Shown in pieces: positions 49,748-58,880 of a stretch of 64,000 nucleotides of DNA (its first letter is position 1; each line of letters opens with the position of its first letter). Source of the stretch: an uncultured bacterium (GTDB lineage Bacteria; Oederibacteriota; JAAXVQ01; JAUVAV01); NCBI GenBank assembly GCA_963710755.1, contig CAVQBK010000001.1:256001-320000 (forward strand), read 5' to 3'. Position numbers and translations under genes: made by a program. The notes below the pieces were generated by a model that saw only the letters and a list, made by a program, of their open reading frames with translations, searched no databases and was not told the origin of the DNA.

Positions 49748-50890
49748 CTATTTTTGCACATGGTCTACCACCCGGTCCATGCGCATGGTCAGCAGCCAGT
49801 GTTGAAAACCCGCGTGATTCAGGGGATTATCGACAAACCCGAACAAATGACTTTCGCAGCAGCAATCGGATGATCCAAAACGTTTAATCTGCCATTGGCT
49901 CATAGCCTTCACACCCTCAGCCAAGAAACATTCCAAGTCGTCACTGCTGCGTATGGCCAGTGCATCGACCACCTCCACCTTGGCGCGAAAATAATCGATA
50001 TGCCAATGGAAACGTTTGCGCAAGCGTTTGTGCCGTTCTACTCTGCTGGTGAGATTGACGCGGGCCGACCCCACATAAATATAATACCCCGGCGGGAAAT
50101 CGATTTTGCCCAGTGCGCTGATCTCAATTTGCTGGTGGTGTTTGTTTTTTAAAATCAGCAGATAGGCACCTTTGTCCTGAGCTTCCTTTCCTATTACGCC
50201 CCAAGGAATAATGATGTGTTTAGGGACTAAATCAAAGGTCAAGTCTTGTTGCCATTTAACTGCAACTGCTTTGGTTTCAATTCTATCTTTTACTTTTATC
50301 AAGGTCTGCGCAAAGGCCAGATCCGTATGGTAATCAGGCAGGAAAAAATCAGGCTGAGGATGATGGATGATAAAAAGAACACCGCCTTGGTTGTGGCGGT
50401 CATGCAAATCTGCCAAGGCCAGGAGATGCTGCTTGCCCCTGGTGGTAATGGCATCAGGAAACATGGCTACCTTGCCGCTTACCAGCGTGCAGGATTTAAC
50501 TTCCAAATAATAATGCTTTGCCCCTTGGTCCAGCAAAAAATCAAACCGATGATGTCCCAGAGCGGCTTCCCTTTTGATTATAGTCGCATCTTCCAAACCC
50601 GGTATTTTTTTATGGTTTAACAGCCATTGCGCCACATCATTGGTTCTGTGGGTATGGAGCATTACCGGCACGTTCTCTTTTTCAACCGCCACCAGCACAT
50701 AAGGTTGCTTGGCTTCCGGTTTGCTGGACGGCTGCAGGTATACCACTGCTCCTGGTAAAAACAACTCTTTAAGACGTCCGGGATTGGGCATATAGGCTGC
50801 TACTATTTTTCTGTTTAATTGACACTCTACAATAAAACGGTTTGGTCTTCGGTAATAGACTGCTTTGATGAGGTGATGGAATAGTTGCAT
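49748..50890 (-). CDS. sfsA: SfsA nuclease fused to DUF123 (GIY-YIG/Uri) domain
   Basis: RPNRF, NPGRL, RFDF, EVKSCTL, FPDA.T.RG.QHL; C-terminal GAY...GYYIYVGSA..R..RH, HWHIDYF and FGSSDC.CESHL. Confidence 0.92.
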   Translation of the reverse strand: MQLFHHLIKAVYYRRPNRFIVECQLNRKIVAAYMPNPGRLKELFLPGAVVYLQPSSKPEAKQPYVLVAVEKENVPVMLHTHRTNDVAQWLLNHKKIPGLEDATIIKREAALGHHRFDFLLDQGAKHYYLEVKSCTLVSGKVAMFPDAITTRGKQHLLALADLHDRHNQGGVLFIIHHPQPDFFLPDYHTDLAFAQTLIKVKDRIETKAVAVKWQQDLTFDLVPKHIIIPWGVIGKEAQDKGAYLLILKNKHHQQIEISALGKIDFPPGYYIYVGSARVNLTSRVERHKRLRKRFHWHIDYFRAKVEVVDALAIRSSDDLECFLAEGVKAMSQWQIKRFGSSDCCCESHLFGFVDNPLNHAGFQHWLLTMRMDRVVDHVQK

Positions 50891-51026
50891 GGCTCTGCCT
50901 TCGGCGGAATGGATAATAAACCGGTTGAATCAGATTATTTTTTCATTGTATTTAATAATATTAGAGTGTTTATTTAAAGTCATTTATCTTGTTTGCGATT
51001 ATGTTAAATCTCGATCCCAATCCCCC

Positions 51027-54000
51027 CTAAGCCGCACTTTGCAAGGACAGCTTGACCGGTTTGGGCTTGGCTGGCTGGTGGTCTGGGATTACACTTGGTG
51101 GCAAGTTTAGGAACCGGCGCAATGCGTTGTACCTGGCTAACCATGATATCCTGCCCAAATTGGAACCAGTCGTGCTCAAGCGAGACCAGGTTCGGAATAA
51201 TACCTCAAAAGTGTCGGTCGACATCAACAGGCGCTCTCTTACTTTGGGCGAGGCGTTGCCGGAAGCTAACAGTGCGGCTTTTTGTTCTTCCAAGGTTTCC
51301 AGAAGCAGCAGCAACAAACGACTGCTTCCCTGTGCCGGGTTTTGGACAAAATTACAATATGCTTTACGCGCTTGCGACCCCGCTTCGTTCATAGTCTTGG
51401 CTAATTCAGAATCTGACACCCCATGCAACTTCGCAACCAAATAAGCCATTGGCCGGCGCTTCATCATCTGAGTCCTCCATATTGTAGCCAAGGTCTGAGG
51501 CAACAAGTTACTCATGGCCAACTGAATACGAATCCAGACCTTTTGTGCTAGCGCCGCTGTCTCCAGCCTCGAATCCGAACCGCTCTGCACTATTACAATC
51601 GGTTCAAAAGCATGTTTGAAAGCCTCTCTGGCTTGGCGCCGTACGACCAGCTCAAAGAGGGTTTTATTTAATGCTGACGGCCTTTTTCCAGGCCACAAAC
51701 GGAGAGGCACCCCAATGATAAGACGGCCATTACCATCAAATCTGTAGCTTCCCCAGGGCCTGTTGCTGGGGGTAGGTAATGGTTCCACATGCACTTGACC
51801 GCTCTTAAATTTCAAAGCAGACCAATCATCACTTAAAATCAGCGAGGCTTTTTCAAGATCGTTTATAGCTGCAGTACCCTGCCGGTTTTCCAAAGGCAGA
51901 ATCATATAAAGACCCACCAGCTGCCATCCGGTCCATAAGAGCGGTCTCGTAATCACCCGCAGCACTTCCCAGACACCACTACCGTCTTCCATCCGGTTCA
52001 GCCACTTCACCAACCATGGCCCAGATCCTGTGAGTGATTGACCGCTAAGATCCTTAATACTTTTGTCCTGCTCCATTTTTTGGGATAAGCGACGCTCTTG
52101 GGGCTTCCAAGTCCGGCTTGCGGCGCGCTCCACACGAATAGCCATCAGTTCTTCCGTCAGCTCATCCCACCATGATTTTAATCCTGTCCACCATGGCGGC
52201 TGCATGGCGATCACGGTCACCTTGTTCCTCTCTTCCATCCTGCTGAGATGATAAAATTCATGAGCTAATAGGGATATCCTTTGACCTTGCGATAAATTGG
52301 TAAAATGACGCGGCAGGCTCAAACTTAAGGCGCCGTTTTGTTGCACCACATGGGCCAGACTGCCGCCCCAAAGGACTAACTTCCACCAGGATAAATTGGT
52401 GGTTTTTAATGCCACCTGGCTAAGGATAGAGGGATAAAGATCACTTTCTCCATTGATCCATTGATTCCAGGCCGGCCATCCCGGAATAGTAAGTCCAGCT
52501 TGCTTCATGTCCCTTAAATCAGCATAAAAATCATCCCGACCATAGGGGGTAATACCTTGCTTAAACAAAGTCACAAGCAGAGGTAAGCGCATCAGGAAAT
52601 AACCGACAGGCACCACGGAAACCAAAGTTCCCAGCCCCCGGCCCGTGTCTATCCCGGAAAGGAGCAAAATCGCGTCTATCAAGATGCCCATTGACGCCAC
52701 AGCGCCAATCATGGACATGCGCCGTTTACTTTTCTTTTTCGAAGACTTGGCTTGCTTTGCAGAAGACCTGACCTTTTCTTTTCCTTCATCCCAAATAACG
52801 GTATAGGGCATGGTCGGCAAGAGATCCTCTAATTCTTTTTCCTTTTCCTCTTGGAATAATACTTCCACGCCGGGATATTTTCCCCTCAGGTCCTGGCGGT
52901 CGGCAAATAGATGATGTACCACTGCACCAAGCGCCGGAACTTTGTTTAAATTGGAATTTATATAAATAATAGTTTTTGGGAAAGTTGGGATGCTGTTGAA
53001 AAACTTTTCCATTTTTTTCATGAGATTCCTGACCGCTGAATCGCTTCCAAAAACGATGATGTTCATGCACCGGTAAATATCATCAACCACGATATTGTCT
53101 TCATTCAAACCATCTTTAAGTGATGCAAAACTTCCGGCAATGGCAACTAAGTCCACTCCCTTTTTCAGGGTTGATCTATTTCTGCTGATAAATGTCCTTA
53201 TCCTTCCCAAAAGAACGTCTCTATCAAGAGCTTTCGCGGCAGGATAAAGCTGGTTTATGTCACTTACCACTAACTCCTCAACAGCCACATCCTGCTCAAC
53301 CAGCTCTGCAAGCAACATCATTATTTTATTAATCAATTCTCCTGCAGTCTCCTTTGATTCTCCTGTCCCCCCCTTTATTTCATACTGGCCAAAAACAAGC
53401 CGGGGCAATTGCTTAAGGACGTCTTTTTGCTCCGTAAGTCTTTTATAAAACAGATTGGAATCATCCGTTCCTCCAGTAACCAGCATCCCAATAGTATCTT
53501 TTTCCAAATTCGGCAAATCAATTTTACTAATTGGACCCTTGGCCATATCAGCCTTTCCGTAATTACCAATAAGATTAACGGCAATCGGAAGTCCCTCAGC
53601 AGCATTGGCCACTAGGTTATGTAAGAGGTGCATCATGGCTTTAAAACGTTTATAATCCTTTATTTTTTGTTGGTCCGGCCCGGGTGCGGGCATTTCCGAT
53701 TTTTTCACGACCCGAATGGTAACGTCCGTTTTTTTCGGTTGCGTTTCTTCTAATGCTGGCTTAGTCCGTTTTTCCGACATTTCCAGATGTCTTATGGTCA
53801 CCTCTTGCTGTTCTTCAATAAAATCAATAATGTTCTGTCCCAGGTCGCCGAGAGGTTCAAATTGATCTTTGTACCGGGTTATATCTTCGTCATTGGCCAC
53901 GGCCCGGTCCACGGTGGATTTTACTTTCACCTTAATATCAGCCTTGATGGAGCTTTGGAAATCTTCGAAATCCCATTTTTCCCAAAGTTGGGCCATGGCC

Positions 54001-54782
54001 GGCCAATCAGGCATAGGCTTTTGCAATTCTTCCTCGACCAAAGCTACCAACCGGTTTTGGATGCTTTTCAAAACCAGTAAAAATTTAATAGTCGTTCCCC
54101 TTTGGTCCGACCCTACCAAGCCCTGCTGCTGCAGTTTATCAGCCGCTACCTTCAAATGATGAGGATGGTGATTAAGAATAATCAGCGCTATTTCCAAGGC
54201 ACCCCCAATGGCCGGCAATTCGGCTATGGTTTCTGATAAAGATTTGGCTTGTGATAACTCATTGTAATGCTGAACAAGATCACCAAGCGGCAGTTGTTGA
54301 ACAGACGGCTTTGAAGAAAGGGGTTGATCGGCCAGGGATAATCCATGGTCCCGAATAAAAGCTTCACCTTGATCCCCAGTCAACAGGTGATCGTCCTTAT
54401 AAACCGAAGGCAACTGCTGGTCAAAAAAGTTCTGCATTCTAGATGTATCATTTTTTGATAAAAAATCGCCCAGAATAACTTCTTTGGCATCAGCGCTGTA
54501 GGCTAAATATAAGCGGTAAGGGCCAACGCGGTAATGTAAATGTTGGTAAGTATGGTGACCGACCTTATAAAAAGCACCAGTAGTTCCGCTGGGCATTATT
54601 CCCAGCTGGTCATATTCAGCAATCCGAAGAATAATCTTTTGTATTCTTTTCCATTGCTCGTCAGTAATATTTTTAGTGCTGCTTACAAAATTGGAAGTTA
54701 CCGACTGCTTTAAACCGGTGGTTCCTGTTACGCTTGTCATGGCATCCTTATCAAGCATGCCGGCGAAGAAGCCTATGCCCAT
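51027..54782 (-). CDS. C-terminal segment of giant protein: RelE-like domain, degenerate NTase folds, TM hairpin, HExxH zincin-like domain
   Basis: 1251-aa ORF; YRVGPYRLYLAY, AGSFAS and LLAHEFYH motifs. Confidence 0.7.
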   Translation of the reverse strand: MGIGFFAGMLDKDAMTSVTGTTGLKQSVTSNFVSSTKNITDEQWKRIQKIILRIAEYDQLGIMPSGTTGAFYKVGHHTYQHLHYRVGPYRLYLAYSADAKEVILGDFLSKNDTSRMQNFFDQQLPSVYKDDHLLTGDQGEAFIRDHGLSLADQPLSSKPSVQQLPLGDLVQHYNELSQAKSLSETIAELPAIGGALEIALIILNHHPHHLKVAADKLQQQGLVGSDQRGTTIKFLLVLKSIQNRLVALVEEELQKPMPDWPAMAQLWEKWDFEDFQSSIKADIKVKVKSTVDRAVANDEDITRYKDQFEPLGDLGQNIIDFIEEQQEVTIRHLEMSEKRTKPALEETQPKKTDVTIRVVKKSEMPAPGPDQQKIKDYKRFKAMMHLLHNLVANAAEGLPIAVNLIGNYGKADMAKGPISKIDLPNLEKDTIGMLVTGGTDDSNLFYKRLTEQKDVLKQLPRLVFGQYEIKGGTGESKETAGELINKIMMLLAELVEQDVAVEELVVSDINQLYPAAKALDRDVLLGRIRTFISRNRSTLKKGVDLVAIAGSFASLKDGLNEDNIVVDDIYRCMNIIVFGSDSAVRNLMKKMEKFFNSIPTFPKTIIYINSNLNKVPALGAVVHHLFADRQDLRGKYPGVEVLFQEEKEKELEDLLPTMPYTVIWDEGKEKVRSSAKQAKSSKKKSKRRMSMIGAVASMGILIDAILLLSGIDTGRGLGTLVSVVPVGYFLMRLPLLVTLFKQGITPYGRDDFYADLRDMKQAGLTIPGWPAWNQWINGESDLYPSILSQVALKTTNLSWWKLVLWGGSLAHVVQQNGALSLSLPRHFTNLSQGQRISLLAHEFYHLSRMEERNKVTVIAMQPPWWTGLKSWWDELTEELMAIRVERAASRTWKPQERRLSQKMEQDKSIKDLSGQSLTGSGPWLVKWLNRMEDGSGVWEVLRVITRPLLWTGWQLVGLYMILPLENRQGTAAINDLEKASLILSDDWSALKFKSGQVHVEPLPTPSNRPWGSYRFDGNGRLIIGVPLRLWPGKRPSALNKTLFELVVRRQAREAFKHAFEPIVIVQSGSDSRLETAALAQKVWIRIQLAMSNLLPQTLATIWRTQMMKRRPMAYLVAKLHGVSDSELAKTMNEAGSQARKAYCNFVQNPAQGSSRLLLLLLETLEEQKAALLASGNASPKVRERLLMSTDTFEVLFRTWSRLSTTGSNLGRISWLARYNALRRFLNLPPSVIPDHQPAKPKPVKLSLQSAA

Positions 54783-55418
54783 AACGGTATTGATCAGCTC
54801 GGTTAAATGGTGCGGATGCTGTCCCGAGCCCGGCGGCCAAGGCGGTTTCCGGCTGAAAGATAAGTTTAAGAATCACCCCGCGATGAAAGCCCGGCCCCCA
54901 AGATCCATGTCCAAAGAGGCTGTATGCCTTCTTCCATCATAAGTGGGGAAAGCAGTTCCTTCAATTGCCAACTCAAAGCCTCACGATCCATTTTTAAACC
55001 ATATTTCTTTGATAAGAGTACAATGAATCGGGAACATTCCTTTCTGTCCAACACATCTAATAATGCCATGATAAGCCTTCACCAACTCATCCAGGCGAAT
55101 GCACGCCCGGTCTAATCATCTCATCATGAAACATATACGACTCGGCCTCCTCTTCTCCCAAGAACAGCGTTAAAAAGGAGCGCCGCAAGTTTGGTTGCAA
55201 TGTTTCCAAAGACATCCTTACCGGGGCAATCAAGGGGCAATTGCTCAAATCGATCAAAATAGCTCTTAACGGTGTCTTCCAAATCCGCAATGGAGGTTTT
55301 ATTCACCAAGGATTGCAGTATACGGCTTATGTCCTCAATAGTTTCTAATTTCTGATAATTTAATAGTTCCACTACCATCTTCAGATCAACATTTTGATCA
55401 AGCATACTTTGAAGAATG

Positions 55419-56117
55419 TTATCGCGATTTTTCCCAGGAATATTTTTGGTTGCTGCATATGGCGGCGATCAGCCAGTTTATGTCTCTTCTGGTTTTGGTC
55501 AAAGATTTTACAAGTGATTCATTTTTTATCTTCACAGGTTCAAGCAACTTTAAAATCTCTTCCAATTCATCAGTGGGATAGGTGCTTTTAAGGAAAGCTT
55601 GCATGATTGCATCATTGGAGATCTGGTCATGATGTTTACGGTAGAATTTATAATTTGTATTGGCACCCCGATCGCCTTTAACAAAAGTTTTAACCATGGC
55701 CGGGGTCAAGTTATTACTTTCAGGATCTTGTATTAGACGGATTAATAGGCTTATTCCTCTCGCCAGCTCAGGCAAACTAAGCTGTTCTTTGACCTCTTGA
55801 GGCCAATTTCTCAGCCACACCGGCGGTTCCGATAAGGTGATGGCTTGCATGATGGTTCTGCTGACCACACGTTCTACATCATTGGTGCGGGTAATTATTC
55901 CGCTGAACACCATCGCCAAGTCACTCCATGACAAAGCAACTCCAGGTATTTTCCCAGAGCGATCCAAATGATTTAAAGAAGCCCCAAGCCGCGTTAGGGC
56001 AAGCTTCACGGGCTGCTCTCCCACCAGGTTCGCCTTTGCCAACTCGGATACCACGGTACTCAGTCTGTCACGAAAACGATTAACTTTGGCCAGCCTCTGG
56101 AATGATCTTAATCGCAT
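55419..56117 (-). CDS. Helical fragment of giant protein
   Basis: 232-aa ORF overlapping the upstream ORF in the +1 frame. Confidence 0.5.
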   Translation of the reverse strand: MRLRSFQRLAKVNRFRDRLSTVVSELAKANLVGEQPVKLALTRLGASLNHLDRSGKIPGVALSWSDLAMVFSGIITRTNDVERVVSRTIMQAITLSEPPVWLRNWPQEVKEQLSLPELARGISLLIRLIQDPESNNLTPAMVKTFVKGDRGANTNYKFYRKHHDQISNDAIMQAFLKSTYPTDELEEILKLLEPVKIKNESLVKSLTKTRRDINWLIAAICSNQKYSWEKSR

Positions 56118-58880
56118 ACTTAACGCTCGACTGTTGGCTTTCAGCTTCCAGTCTATGCTTCATTTCCAGAAGATCTTGGTTCGATAAACTCGATCCCAAT
56201 ATCTGAGCCCGCTCATTAACCCCCGCCCAGTGCTTGGCCACCCACCTTACCACCTCTTTCAGACCTTCAATTTCCCGGCGACCACTGATGGTTTCCGCCA
56301 CTGCCGTGGCCTGAATAACAATATCTTCCTTCTTAAGATTGTTAAAAACCGCAACATAGTCTTCTAATTCTGCTGCCGGCCGGTCACTGCGGAGCAAAGA
56401 GGCCACCGCCCGGCCATTAATCAACGATAAATGGTTGCCCTTGTTTAAAAAAGCCCAAAGGCCAAGATTTTCTTTGAATCGTCTGATGTAACTGTACCGA
56501 TATTGCGGGTCAATCATATTCTTTATATCACTTTGATTAAAAAACAGGGGATGGTCGGGTTGGCTGATATGTTCAAGCAGCAAGGGAAACAGTGTTTCCC
56601 AATTGCGATGAACCAAGGGAATGGATTTAAGTTCTTCCATAAAAGCATGGCTCTGCAGCCAATGTTGATCATCCAGGGTCTTAATCATTGCACTTATATC
56701 AGAAGGCAAATTCAGTCCCTGCCAGGATACGCTACTTTCATTGTCGGATTTGGTAATGGTCAGCTGTTGCACTTCCTCCCTAGTCATTGAAAAAACCGTC
56801 ATCAACAGGGTCTGACTGGAAGGTGTCAAAGCTTTAAACCATTTCAGCAATTCATCATAATCTTCCAAATTGTTTTCAGCAGTAGGCGGCTTGCCAAGCG
56901 TCATCGAAGGAGGTCCTCGCCGTCTGGTGAAAAAACGTCGAAGCTTTTCTTTAACATTCTGACTCATACCTAGCGCCAGCAGCCGCGAAAAATCATCAAC
57001 GCTCCAATTCTCACCCAAGACTAATAGTTGCCGAATCTCTTTTAATCCAACCGAGCGTTTGATGATCCGTTCCACCAGTCCCGGTTGGTCTTTTATATGC
57101 AGTTGATAGACCAGGTCCAAAATAGCTTCCAAACGCCGGTCACTCCCGTTTTGCATAGCCACGCATTCGCCAATGTTGGTCGGGGGCATGTCCAAAGCCA
57201 GCAGACGTTCATACAAATCCAACAGCACCGGCAAAGGTCGTGGGTTCACAATGAGCAGACGCATAAGATTGTAGGACGGGCTTTCCTTTTTATATGTTGT
57301 ATCACTGACCAACTGCCGCAGTTCTGCCGCTGTCTTGGTGGTGTCCACTGCTGCTTCCAATATACTACGTTCTAGCGGCAGATTTTTCTCCTTGAGGTAG
57401 TGGTAAATAATTTCCAGATGATCGCGATGATTTAAAAACTTATGGATTCTGGTACCTTCGAAACTTTTTTCAACTTCCCCTGGCTCCCGCCACTGTTCTT
57501 TTTCATGATCTGCCCCGGTTGGTGCTAACGCCTGTATAATGATATGAATGAAGGCCGCGTCACTGCCGCGACGTAAGGTCTCTCTCTCTTCAGTGACATA
57601 TTTGTAAAACTCAAATCGATTTTTTTGCACCGTCTGAACAGTTTGCTGTTTGATACGTGTTTTTGAATCGGTCCCTTGGATTTTCGCAATACTTTTGTCA
57701 AATCTTTCATTTTGATGTTGTTCCTTGTACAATATTTCTTTAAGTGATCTCAATCGTTCTTGCAGTTCCCTTTTCAGAACCTCTCTAAGTCTAAGCGCTT
57801 CCTGATTGGACATCATATCAGACTTTTCCAATTGGCCCACCAAGTTCATCAAACGTTTATCCAATTGTTCGTCTTGAGTAAAAGTTTGCTTTTCGATAAT
57901 GGCGCCCAGCTTCATGCGTAGGTCGTTTCTATTGACAATACGGAGATGCTCCTTCCCTAATAACCTTTCCTTGATAGCTGTATTGGACAGCTGACTGCCT
58001 AAAATATCGTCATAGGCACCTTGCGCGTAGCCTTTTTGCTTCAAGCCAGACAAGATCGCTTCCAGACCCTGCACAGGTCTTGCCCGCTCAAATAGGCGGG
58101 TAATTAGAGAAGGTGACAACTTATACTTATCTTCATCAGTTTCTTGGTTGTAATTTCCAATGACCTCGGCATAACCTTCGACATCTTTCAAGGTCATTTT
58201 CTTCTTAAAGACAGCAACAGCCGCGTTGGGCGTTATTTGTGGCTCACGGCCAATGGGTTCCCATAGGTTTAAATGCTCCACAAAATAAGCCCATCCTTGC
58301 CGCCGAATGGACTCCAGTTGATTCGGTTCAAAAAATAGCTGGGATTCATTTGGCCTGGTCAGCTTCGTGAGGATAAGATCAAACACTTTCACTTCCGTAT
58401 GATCCACAGCAGGCAGGTTATTGATAGCTTTAGCAACCCGGCCTTTGTCCAACCAACCCATCCGGGCCAGCTGATCAACCACTGGTTCCCAGTTCGACCC
58501 TTCACCGTCAACAAGGATGGGCTCATGCGAGTTATCTCCTGACCGACCGCCTTGGTGTTGCTCCATCATCATCTGAACCGGCCATTGCCAGTGCAGCCAA
58601 GGCCCGCCGATAGTCATGCCCTTAGCACCGGCAGGCCAAAGGATCTCCACGGGCCACTGCCAACGCAGCTTAAAGGTTGGAAAATTAAAGCGGGAGGATA
58701 ATGGCTTGAAGAAAGAACTGTAGGTGTCTTTTTCAATCAGCTTGTAGACGTAGACCCAAATGGAACCCCAGCCTGGCCGGCCCTTCAGCTGTTGGTCCAA
58801 ACTCTGCAATCGCAGCCCTTCATGGACAACAATGGTCGGTAGCAGCAGGCCTTCCCTAAGCCGATTAAACCAGCGGTTAG
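56080..58880 (-). CDS. Giant-protein segment with internally duplicated helical repeats
   Basis: True frame begins after the indel at ~58882 (TNRWFNRLREG). Confidence 0.65.
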
